Source: Nitrosopumilus sp. (lineage in GTDB: Archaea; Thermoproteota; Nitrososphaeria; Nitrososphaerales; Nitrosopumilaceae). From it: a stretch of 64,000 nt of DNA. The DNA lies in the NCBI GenBank assembly GCA_965238275.1, contig OZ250186.1:1056001-1120000 (forward strand), read 5' to 3'. The translations under genes were made by a program, and so were the position numbers. Positions 1 to 8,724 of the stretch are shown here, piece by piece. Position 1 is the first letter of the stretch; each line of letters opens with the position of its first letter. Under the pieces are notes generated by a model that ran no database searches, was not told the DNA's origin, and saw only the letters and a program-made list of their open reading frames with translations.

Positions 1-945
1 ATTGTTTACCTCAACCATGCTGACATGGTGGTAGCCGTCATTTTTGAGGCCACAATGTACTGTTGGCAATTCTGTCATTGTGACCTGTCTAAATGCAGGA
101 TCACCAGGCCATTGGTTGTGGTGGCCATATTGTGTCGTATAACCCAACTCGATGCCCTTTGCCACATTTGCCAACACCGTTCCTCCGGAATTCGTCGCCC
201 GTTCAATAACCGCGTTACAATCCTTGGCATAGAAATCAGTAGACAGTGTTGCCGGATAGGACGGATATGCACTGTAATGACACCTGTATCCATTTGTGTA
301 GCCATCATATCTGCCTGGCACGCATTCAATATAGTCAGTTTGTGCATAGGTAGACCACAGGTGGCTACTACTGACACGGAGTTCATTTATGACCTCGCTA
401 GTATAATTGAGAGAACTTACCACGTCATGAATTTCAGGCGCGAACCCGTCGTCGACAATGGTATGCTGCGTGAGATCATTCGGGCTGGATACAATACTGA
501 CTGTCGTGCCAGGCGATGCCCAACCAGTGATGTTGATTGGCTGACGCGTGGGTTGGTAGTCCTGCAGTCTGGCAACAGCCGTGTTTGGCCCGCCAATGGT
601 TGAATCGCCTGTCAGTTCCAGCCACCCACCCATGTCGTCTCAGGAAGAATACGTGCTTTCAATGATATCGTTGCTGCCTGTCAGACGATCTTCTCCCTGT
701 AATCTGTATTCACCGGAAAATGTCGGCAGCGGGATTGTGACGGGGCGGTCGTCTTGTTCCACCATCCCGGCAAAACCAAGCGTGCCCTCACGCATGTATG
801 GGCGTTCGGCACCATGCCCGGCATGTGTCGAATTTCCCCACAACATCATCGCGCCCGGGGTATCATGTATGACAATTTGCGGCAGGTAGCCGAACCCGAC
901 GCCAGCTCCGGTCTTTGTTGTGCCAGACACGGCGGCAAGCGGCAT
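1..945 (-). pseudogene. Large surface/adhesin-like protein, paralog of 21261-24974; in-frame TGA at 640-642, no signal peptide, runs off the window edge
   Basis: Manual translation: the frame is open 945->643, hits TGA, then is open 639->1 (DDMGGWLELTGDSTIGG...). Segment LPQIVIHDTPGAMMLWGNSTH...PYMREGTLGFAGMVEQDD...IPLPTFSGEY aligns by eye with PMEIVTKNAEGHIVYGNGTI...PYTFPGEFEFAAAVLDTD...MPIPKLLAKY of the 24974 gene. Confidence 0.6.
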
Positions 946-970
946 ACTTGAGATCTGGTTACATGAGACA

Positions 971-1531
971 ATGAGGAGCGCGCCCGTCCTGATACCCGGA
1001 TTCGGTGTACTCTGGGGCGTGCTTTCAGGCATCGGACACGCCCACGCGTCGTTCTTCATGATAGAACACAGCATGGTCACGTTATCGGCCGAACACATGT
1101 TGGTATTGCTTCCGTTCCTTTCATTGTACATGCTGGCCCAGGGCATCATGATGAGGCGCGGGGTGCTGTTCATGCTGGAATTGGTACGCCGTGATGGTGC
1201 AGCAGAACAATACCACGAGTCTGCAATGATGGCATCTGCGTGGGGCGAGCAGGAAGCAAGCCGTGGTTCGTCAGGCCTGGTAAGCCGGCTGTCACCCATG
1301 GCAAAGCCGTTTTTGCGTGATGTGGGAATCTTCTTCGCGCTGCTGTTTGCGTCCGCGACGCTGACGTTTGTAGTATGGGGGGATACTCCGTCAAGCACCA
1401 CGCTCCAGGCCTTCTGGATGTACGACGGCATGTTCGGCTACCTGCTGGCTTTGCCTGGCAGTATAGACGTGCTTGCGCCGCTAAACGAGTTCGATTCAGT
1501 GATGGACACCGTATGGGAATCCCTTACTTGA
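971..1531 (+). CDS. Hypothetical membrane protein (~186 aa)
   Basis: ATG at 971; several hydrophobic segments (FGVLWGVLSGIG, LVLLPFLSLYML, GIFFALLFASATLTFVVW). Confidence 0.55.
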   Translation: MRSAPVLIPGFGVLWGVLSGIGHAHASFFMIEHSMVTLSAEHMLVLLPFLSLYMLAQGIMMRRGVLFMLELVRRDGAAEQYHESAMMASAWGEQEASRGSSGLVSRLSPMAKPFLRDVGIFFALLFASATLTFVVWGDTPSSTTLQAFWMYDGMFGYLLALPGSIDVLAPLNEFDSVMDTVWESLT

Positions 1532-1568
1532 TCTCCGGTAAAATGACACCACGCAAGTAATGGATCAT

Positions 1569-1613
1569 TGCAGGCATGCATGCATGCACGCGTGCAGGCA
1601 CGCATGCGTGCAT
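1569..1613. repeat. Alternating purine-pyrimidine tract of nested palindromes between convergent genes
   Basis: Contains GCATGCATGCATGC, TGCACGCGTGCA and GCACGCATGCGTGC. Confidence 0.75.
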
Positions 1614-1634
1614 AACCCACGTTAGGTGTTATCT

Positions 1635-1652
1635 AAAATAAAAAAAAGAAAA
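1635..1652 (-). terminator. Oligo-T archaeal terminator of the S-layer gene
   Basis: Minus strand reads TTTTCTTTTTTTTATTTT, 14 nt after the stop at 1667. Confidence 0.6.
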
Positions 1653-1666
1653 GGGGTGTGTGTTTT

Positions 1667-4600
1667 CTAATTTACAGTTAATGCTATCGTTGCGGTTGGT
1701 GAGAGTGCAGTTGGGTTGTCGATGGATTCCCAAACGAACGCAGTCACGTCATACGTGCCTGCCTCTGTCGGTGTCCATGATGCTCCCGGACTGAATGACT
1801 GACCTGCGGCCAGCGTTCCCAGTACCCAGTTGAGCGAGACTGTGACGCCGTTTTCATCCTGGACCTGTATCAGGAAGATAAACTTCTGATCCCTGTCCTG
1901 GCCGTTTGACAGGTCGGCAGTTATGACGACCTGTTGGCCAACGGATGCTGCGCCGATGCTGTTGTCAAACGTGTCGACTGCCCTCAGGTTGTTGATTGGC
2001 GCCCTCTCCAGTGGTGGCACTATCGTGCCGATCAGAGTGGTTGCCGAAACCGAGGTCTCGTCTTCTATCGGTGAGGTTACGTCGTCGTACTCTGCTACTA
2101 CGGTATCTCCTTCTTCCACGTTGAGCCTGTGACCGCTGCTTATGGAACTGTCATCAAAGAAGACTGTGCCTTCAAAGATGCCGGTTGCCGCATTGGTCTC
2201 AGTCACGGTAAGGCTGATTCCGCCTACGTCAGAGTCTGACCAGACATTGACATCAAAGTTGTCGACTGCCTCTGGGTTCAGGTTCATGTCAGGATCAATG
2301 ACCCTCACTATTCCTGATCCGAGTGCAGGATAACTTGCCTCGAGCCACTCGACTTCGCCTACGTTCCACTGGATTATCGCAGAGGCACGTACTATGTCGC
2401 CGTCAGAGTTCTCAAATACTACTGCAAGCCCGTCGCTGTCTTCAGCTGCTAATTGGCCGTCAGTTGGTCCGTATCCTGAAGAATCTTTAGTCTCCCTGTC
2501 AAGGTCGTCGTGTTCAACTCCAGTCAGGATTAACTCGCCGCTAAAGATGCCGGTATCGGCACCCGTCTCGACAAGCTTGTATCCCTCAATCTCGGCTTCT
2601 TGCGTCTTGATGTTTATTGGATAGTCGGCATCTTGGCCGCCTATCTCGTCAACCTGGTCTGCATCGAAGTTGTGGTCTGGTGCGACTATGGTTATGTAGA
2701 CCTTGTCAGTCCAAGTATAGACCTTCTGGTCCAGCTCGATTGACGCGCCAAAGTCAGACGTGTATGCGACCGCAGTTATCTCCTCGTCCTTGTCTCCGAC
2801 ATAGTCAGAGCCGGATGGTCCCCAGTCGTTGTACGTCAGGGTGATCTCCTCGCCTCTTTGGAGGGCCTCGTCATCTATCTCGGGTGGAACGGTAATCACG
2901 ACCTGGAAGATTCCAGTGTCGGTACCGGTTTCAAGCAGGTTGGATGGCGTCGCGCCGAATGGGTCGGTGGTACAGCCTGTGCTCTTAAGCGAACAGGTGC
3001 CCGCATCAGAGTCCCATTCTATCAGGTCAAGGGTGTATGTCTCTGTGGCGTCGCTGTCAAGGTTGAGGTCTTGCTCGATGAGCGTCACTATCATGTCGCT
3101 TCCGATGACGTAGCCGGTTGTGCCCGGCCTGTCAACTTGGAGTACGCCGTTTCTCAGGTCGAATGTCGCAGAGTCAGTTACGGTGTTTAGACTGCCTGAT
3201 GCGTCAGACGGGTCGGTGTACTGCACATGGAGGATGTCTCCCTGCACTATACAGCCGTCCAGACCTGGCGGACAATCGCTGCTGTCAGGACCCGTGTTGT
3301 ATGAGATGGTCTCTGTGTGCTCGAATACGCCCGAATTGGGTGCAGTCTCGTCGATCGCGTCTTCAACCGTCCATTTGAGGGTTTCAGAACCACGGATTAT
3401 GCTTATCTCCAGAACACCGGGGTCAGTACTGTCTATTCCGTTGGATGACGTGTCAAAGTCAGAATCGCTGATGCTGACATAGACTGTCAAGTCGTGCTGT
3501 AGAAGATCGGCGCCGAATGTTTCAAATGCGGTATCGTCCTCAGCCTCAGTAACGATACCAATTGGTACCGGGTAGACGGTCCTGTCAAGGCTCACGGATC
3601 CGGTGTTGGATCGTATGCCCGCAGAATCGCTTACCGTTATGGTTGAACCTGAGTCGTCCCTGAAGTCAATGTATTCGACTGAGATGTCAGCGCCTGTGAC
3701 GCCTGCTGACTTTCCGTTAGGATGACAGTAGTCTGCCGGAACCGCGAAGGTGCCGGTGAACACGCCTGTGGCGTCTCCTGTCTCCTTGAGAGTAAAGTCC
3801 GTAGCGTCAAGTCCGGTCATGTCGGTACATCCGGCTGCCCATTGGTTTCCGTCGATTGATACACTGAGCAGTTCGCCAATGTCTTCGTTGGACGTTTCGG
3901 CACCGACTATGTCACTTGCGATCGTCGTATAGACGTCTGGCTTCCCGCTATCAACGTTCAAGTCAGCGTCCTCTACGGTCACGGTAACAGTGTCTGCCAC
4001 CTTGTAGCCGTCAGAGTCGAGTGACACTGCACCCGAGTGTGTCGGGGTGTCTGCCTCGGCTGTGAACAGCGTATCCTGGCCATTGGCGTCCTTGTCAAGA
4101 TAGTCTACGGAAACGGAGTCGTCGTCAGATATCAGTATGATGTCTACATCAATTGCCTGAATGGCAGCGTATGTGGTTGCGTCCAGTATGTTGACTTGGT
4201 TGAGTCCGATGTACTCCAGAGTGCCTGTAAAGTCACTGCTGTTGTCACTTTTCTCTTCGAGTTCAAGCCTGTAGATTGCGTTGTTGACATTGTCAGTTCC
4301 GTCTATAAGGCCGAACGAGAATACGTCGATCACGATCATGCCATCTGATGCGGTTCCGCTGTACCTGATGTTGACAGTATTGTCACTACCTATGTGCCCA
4401 GTAACATCTACCAAATCACGCCCGTCACGATCCACAGTCACACCAATACCGTTGATGCTGACTGATGCTCCGCTACCGAGCGCGCTTACATCATAGTTCA
4501 GCATGTGCACGCCTTCAAAGGTACCGTCTGGAATAACCAGGGTGCCCTCGGCGCTACCTGAACTGGATGCGGCAACTCTGCCGTTATCATCGCCTCCAAG

Positions 4601-6502
4601 TGTGAACGGAGTTCCAATCGTTATGGTTGGAATGATGTGGGATGCGGCTGTAACCGAGAGGTTGTCTTCGTTGAGTGAGTTGGTGTTGGCGTCACTGTCT
4701 GTCAGCGTTATGCCGATGTTCTCGCCAGAGTTCCATTCGTCTCCTGCGTCGATCACGATGTTGGTCTCGCCGAAGCCTATGGAGGATGTCGTGGTGTTGT
4801 CATATGTGACTGAAAATGACAGTCCCCTGTCGGCCCCTGTGGTGGTGCGTATGTTTGGCGTGTCGCCTGGTGCGTTGGTGAATACTGAGTCGTTTGAGCT
4901 ATCCTCGCTGAATTCTATCAAGAATTCGCCGGTGCTGCTTACGCTACAGGATTCAACACACTCTACCAAAGCGACGTTGCCGTTGTTGTTTGTGGAGAGG
5001 CTAAAGCCTTCGTCGGTTGAAACCTTGATTCCGCCACCATCCACATCTGCATCGATTGTAGGTGCAGCAGCGACAGCATCAGTATGGGCCTGAGTTGCGG
5101 TCGCAAGGTCAGCGGTGTATTCTGTATGTGCAGAACCTTCTACGTTGCCACCTGGGCCGTCTCCTGCGATTACCTCGTAGGCTACCTGTGCGGTACCCTT
5201 GTAGGCAACACTAGTGATCTCAGTTTCTGTCTTGTCTCCATTAACTGTGGCGTAGTTTGCATCAGCTATACCACTTGCAACAGTGGCATCATCAGTACCA
5301 GAAGGATAGGTAAATCCATTGTCCGAACCATAGTGAGTATTAAGATCGTCGTCGACAGCACTTACATATCCTGATGGAGCCACGGTGATGTCACCGATTG
5401 GTTGGAATCCGGCGATTACCTCGTATTCTATCTGTGCGATGCCCTTGTAATCGGCTACCTGCACAGCAGTAGGAGGATCGTCAAAGTCGATGGTTTTGTC
5501 TCCAAGGATTGATTGTGCGCGTGCCGCTTGTTCCAAGGGTACGGTGGGGTCGTCAACGACCTCATTGGCCCTCGTAATGAGAAGGTCTCTCTTATCAACT
5601 GCAGCAGCAATGGCAGTAGCCGGAACTGCTGCGGCGATCTTGGCGTCTCTGTCTGTTACGGCTTCAGCGATCTTGGTGTCTCTGTCTGTTACGGCCTTGG
5701 CATTGGCGGTCGTTCTGTCTGCTCCGGCCATAGCTAGGGCTTCAGCGTTAGCAGCAGTGCTTGAAACAGATGCCGGAATACCTCTGTAGTATGAGGTTCC
5801 ATCACTGCCCAAGTACCAAACATCGTCAGATGTTGGGTCCACGTTGAGTGCCAAGTCGTCAAGCGTGATGATCACGCCTGTACCTTGCGGGTATAGCGAC
5901 CTGTCGAGGCTTGCGCTCTCAGACGGATCGTCAAGATCCAAGACTACCGTCTGAGGGTTTGCCGGTTTCTCGTAAACTATGTCGAATGTGCCGTCGTCCA
6001 GGTTAAGGACTTGGACGAGTTGGGCAGGTGCATTATCAGTTGCAAAGGCAGGTTCGCCCATGACAAGGTTATTAATAGCTGTCTGTTCTGCTTCTGTGAT
6101 TTCAGCATCACCGTCACCATCAACAGTTTCAGTACCACTGACGATACCATCCATATCCGTCTCAAGCTGGACAATTAAGCCAGTGTTTTGGATGCCTGCG
6201 GATGCAATGTATGCATACCATGCGCCAGAGAAGAAGGCCATTTCAATGTCAGCGCCGTCAACGGTCACCCGAAGTTCATCACCTGACTCGTTTACGTCGC
6301 CGTCAGAAACCACGATCTCTACGATGTTGGTAGTGGCAATCACGTTGCCCGTGTTTAGTAGCTCAGCTGAAACCGCCAAGTGTGGGTTGCTTAATCCTGC
6401 TGCGTGTGCCGGCTCCATGCCGGGTATGGCAAACGTGAGTCCGCCTGCCACCATAATCGTCATCAGTGCTATGCTTGTAAGTTTTCGTAAGTTGTTGTTT
6501 AT
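1667..6502 (-). CDS. slaA: Thaumarchaeal S-layer protein (SlaA-like, ~1610 aa); probable ATA start at 6502, first ATG at 6463
   Basis: N-terminus (I)NNNLRKLTSIALMTIMVAGGLTFAIPG; acidic Ig-like repeats with ETG..TG.F motifs; C-terminus FVWESIDNPTALSP typical of Nitrosopumilaceae S-layer proteins. Confidence 0.9.
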   Translation of the reverse strand: MNNNLRKLTSIALMTIMVAGGLTFAIPGMEPAHAAGLSNPHLAVSAELLNTGNVIATTNIVEIVVSDGDVNESGDELRVTVDGADIEMAFFSGAWYAYIASAGIQNTGLIVQLETDMDGIVSGTETVDGDGDAEITEAEQTAINNLVMGEPAFATDNAPAQLVQVLNLDDGTFDIVYEKPANPQTVVLDLDDPSESASLDRSLYPQGTGVIITLDDLALNVDPTSDDVWYLGSDGTSYYRGIPASVSSTAANAEALAMAGADRTTANAKAVTDRDTKIAEAVTDRDAKIAAAVPATAIAAAVDKRDLLITRANEVVDDPTVPLEQAARAQSILGDKTIDFDDPPTAVQVADYKGIAQIEYEVIAGFQPIGDITVAPSGYVSAVDDDLNTHYGSDNGFTYPSGTDDATVASGIADANYATVNGDKTETEITSVAYKGTAQVAYEVIAGDGPGGNVEGSAHTEYTADLATATQAHTDAVAAAPTIDADVDGGGIKVSTDEGFSLSTNNNGNVALVECVESCSVSSTGEFLIEFSEDSSNDSVFTNAPGDTPNIRTTTGADRGLSFSVTYDNTTTSSIGFGETNIVIDAGDEWNSGENIGITLTDSDANTNSLNEDNLSVTAASHIIPTITIGTPFTLGGDDNGRVAASSSGSAEGTLVIPDGTFEGVHMLNYDVSALGSGASVSINGIGVTVDRDGRDLVDVTGHIGSDNTVNIRYSGTASDGMIVIDVFSFGLIDGTDNVNNAIYRLELEEKSDNSSDFTGTLEYIGLNQVNILDATTYAAIQAIDVDIILISDDDSVSVDYLDKDANGQDTLFTAEADTPTHSGAVSLDSDGYKVADTVTVTVEDADLNVDSGKPDVYTTIASDIVGAETSNEDIGELLSVSIDGNQWAAGCTDMTGLDATDFTLKETGDATGVFTGTFAVPADYCHPNGKSAGVTGADISVEYIDFRDDSGSTITVSDSAGIRSNTGSVSLDRTVYPVPIGIVTEAEDDTAFETFGADLLQHDLTVYVSISDSDFDTSSNGIDSTDPGVLEISIIRGSETLKWTVEDAIDETAPNSGVFEHTETISYNTGPDSSDCPPGLDGCIVQGDILHVQYTDPSDASGSLNTVTDSATFDLRNGVLQVDRPGTTGYVIGSDMIVTLIEQDLNLDSDATETYTLDLIEWDSDAGTCSLKSTGCTTDPFGATPSNLLETGTDTGIFQVVITVPPEIDDEALQRGEEITLTYNDWGPSGSDYVGDKDEEITAVAYTSDFGASIELDQKVYTWTDKVYITIVAPDHNFDADQVDEIGGQDADYPINIKTQEAEIEGYKLVETGADTGIFSGELILTGVEHDDLDRETKDSSGYGPTDGQLAAEDSDGLAVVFENSDGDIVRASAIIQWNVGEVEWLEASYPALGSGIVRVIDPDMNLNPEAVDNFDVNVWSDSDVGGISLTVTETNAATGIFEGTVFFDDSSISSGHRLNVEEGDTVVAEYDDVTSPIEDETSVSATTLIGTIVPPLERAPINNLRAVDTFDNSIGAASVGQQVVITADLSNGQDRDQKFIFLIQVQDENGVTVSLNWVLGTLAAGQSFSPGASWTPTEAGTYDVTAFVWESIDNPTALSPTATIALTVN
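5634..5699. repeat. 33-bp tandem repeat x2 within the S-layer gene (AVTDRD[T/A]KIA)
   Basis: gcgatcttggcgtctctgtctgttacggcttca / gcgatcttggtgtctctgtctgttacggccttg. Confidence 0.85.
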
Positions 6503-6631
6503 GGATCCTGTTTTTATCCCCTGTGTAATGCCATCTTCCCTGAACCGTTCTGGTCATGCCATTACAATCTCCCTTGATGCGTGTGAGGGAATATGTATCT
6601 TAGTGCAGTGCGCCGAGTACGCTCGGGTCGC

Positions 6632-6640
6632 TTATAAATA
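6632..6640 (-). promoter_or_regulatory. Candidate TATA box of the S-layer gene (implies ~100-nt 5' UTR)
   Basis: Minus strand reads TATTTATAA about 130 nt upstream of the inferred start. Confidence 0.45.
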
Positions 6641-6738
6641 CAGACATAATTCAGTTCTGTAACATCGTAGAGAGATAATTCTCAGTGTAAGACGGGGGAG
6701 GTGGATGAGGAGGAATACGGCGTATCTTCATTGATAGA

Positions 6739-6975
6739 TCAAGGATTTGCAGCAGGCAAGGCATTCACTGCATCTTTCTGTTCTGCATCATACAATGCAT
6801 CAAAGTAAAACTTGTTGATCTCCATGGTTTCAAGTTTTTTTCTTCACATAGCTTTCGCTTAAAGTGGGAGTGTTCAGATCCACAAACACTTCCAATTCCA
6901 AACTTGGCTGGTTGAACAGTGCGATGTTCTCTGTCGCCTTCCACATCTGATAACCCAGACGATTCAGAACACGTA
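6739..6975 (-). pseudogene. 3' remnant of a small HicA-fold-like gene, 5' end lost at IS630, frameshift in an A7 run
   Basis: Reads RVLNRLGYQMWKATENIALF...VFVDLNTPTLSESYVKKK, then LETMEINKFYFDALY if one A is removed at 6835-6841. The catalytic His is not seen. Confidence 0.35.
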
Positions 6976-8243
6976 TACCAGCAATGAAAAATTCATATCA
7001 AAATCGCTCATAAATTTTTGATGCAACAGCCGTCTCTGGAAATTACGAGGTACGTTGAATTCCCAAATGACGAGAAAAGACGCTCCAAACATTAGACATT
7101 GCATGCTCTGGTGCGCCGTGCATGGCACACGCTAGGCGGCGTGGGTCCGGTGTGGTTTGATGTCGTTCTAGATGGCCCTGTACAGAAAGTTTTCAACGAC
7201 CAGATTCGGTTTTTTGTACCTCGTGTACCTGGTGATCGCCTCGCGGAGCATGCGCAGGCTGGTGTACTGCACGTCAAGCACTGCCCGTTTGAGATCCCTC
7301 CAGTACGTCTCTATGGCGCTCAGGTCCGGGGTTGCAGTCGGCAGGAAGACTATCTCCAGGCCGTCTGTGCCATCAAGCAGTTTGCGTATGTTTGATGCCC
7401 TGTGCTGGGAGGCCTTGTCCATGATCAGGCAGATCTTCTTGAACCTGTACATCGCCTGCCTTAGAAAGTCCTCAAAGGTGTCCTTGGTAAACGCATCGTA
7501 CTGCCGGAACATTCCCCTGCCGTCCGTGGTGATCAGGCCGTAGAGTATCGTCTTGGAGTGTGAGCCGGTGTACGTGAAAAACGCCCGTATTCCCTTCCTG
7601 GTGTAGCCGCGTCTTCGCGGCCGCGCATCGGAGATTACTATGGACTCGTCCTGTATCGCTACGACTGTTCCTTCACTGTTCTTTTTTTATAAGATCCGGC
7701 ATCTCTTTTTGGAATTTCCTGATCTCCTCGTCAGGTGCCCTTGCATGTTTTCCTACGGGAACCTTCTGGGAGTAGCCCCAGCTCCGCAGCATGTACCGCA
7801 CGTGCGTGAGGTTGTACTTTACCCCCGTCTTCTGCCTGATGTATTCCCGCATCTCCCTGCCCGTCCAGATCAGCTTACTGCGCGCGTTTTTCCGAATCCG
7901 CCCCATGTCTGCCCTGCTTACCTTGGTCGGCCTGCCGGAGCGCGGAAGGTTTCCCAGCCTGTCAAAGCCGACTTCCCGATAGCGTTTGTGCCACTTGCAG
8001 CCCCACGCCGGCGACTTGCCAAGGGATTTTGCAGCATCGCTCATGGCTGCTCCATCGCGCTTGATCATGATTATCAGCATCATGCGATCCTTGACATTGC
8101 AGTCTTTCTCAGCGGCGTATCTTTTCAACATCGTCTTGATCTTCATTGACTATGTGATTCGGGATGAGCATAGAACTGCATGCGAAAAAAATCTTTTACA
8201 ATCGTATGAAATATTTTTATTCACGGATTTATGTTCCGCGGTA
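6976..8243 (-). mobile_element. IS630-family element, chimeric copy
   Basis: Ends TACC...GGTA flanked by TA (6974-75, 8244-45). The 3' part is near-identical to 10088-11342; orfA is diverged. Confidence 0.9.
7168..8146 (-). CDS. IS630 transposase, split orfA (HTH) / orfB (DDE); slippery site here is A7G rather than A8G
   Basis: QDES, IMDKASQH, PDLSAIETYW motifs; orfA 7673-8146. Confidence 0.75.
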
Positions 8244-8431
8244 TACAACAACACGTCCCGGGAGGCATTGGAGTTTGCAGCATACGCAAAGGCCACGTAC
8301 GGCCAGTGCAAAGCAGTCTGCGAATCCACCGGAAACCACTGGATAAAGACTGTAGATGCCTTTGAATCTGCCGAGATCCCGCTGATGCTTGCCAACCCGT
8401 TCAAGATCAAGGCAATAGCAGGGGCCAGCAT
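8244..8431 (+). pseudogene. IS110-family transposase N-terminal (DEDD) fragment
   Basis: AVCESTGNHW...LANPFKIKAIA motif; cut by IS630 on the left and a MITE on the right. Confidence 0.75.
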
Positions 8432-8633
8432 GGCTCTGGTAGATTTTAGTGATCAGATCACCAAAATTTACCACCAAGGTGCAAACATGGCTTATCTCAC
8501 TTTTGAACAGCCTTGTGGAGAATACCACACTTTTGAACACCTTGGTGAAATATGGCCGGATTGAATCTGGAGAAGATCCAAAGACACACTTTTGAACAGT
8601 AAACAGTAGAGATCACTAGAATTTAACAGAGCC
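8432..8633. mobile_element. 202-bp MITE with GGCTCTG...CAGAGCC ends and three internal CACTTTTGAACA repeats
   Basis: Left GGCTCTGGTAGATTTTAGTGATC; right GATCACTAGAATTTAACAGAGCC. Confidence 0.75.
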
Positions 8634-8724
8634 ATGCTGTTGCTGTTGCTGATCGTGTGTGGCTACAAAGAGCCGCCCGAGCCCCCACCGCCGGTGCTAC
8701 CCTGAGTCAATTCTGGGAAGACTG
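8634..8724. repeat. ~90-bp imperfect direct repeat, copy A (copy B at 19069-19153)
   Basis: gctgatcgt.t.tggctacaaagagc.gcc.gagccccc.ccgccggtgctaccctgag...ttctgggaagactg is shared by both copies. Confidence 0.85.

Noticed and set aside
25-603. 192-aa plus-strand ORF
   Set aside because: Antisense shadow of the open minus-strand surface-protein frame, which has paralog support.
640-642. Selenocysteine or programmed readthrough at the TGA
   Set aside because: No Cys/redox context and the gene also lacks its signal peptide; nonsense mutation or error is simpler.
1923-6662. Many plus-strand ORFs over the S-layer gene
   Set aside because: Ser/Val-rich antisense frames typical of a strongly coded gene.
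8244-8431. IS110 bridge-RNA system
   Set aside because: Only ~60 codons remain and both non-coding ends are replaced by other elements.
8496-8599. CACTTTTGAACA x3 as a mini CRISPR array
   Set aside because: Repeats are 12-15 bp with irregular spacing, inside a TIR-bounded MITE; no cas genes.
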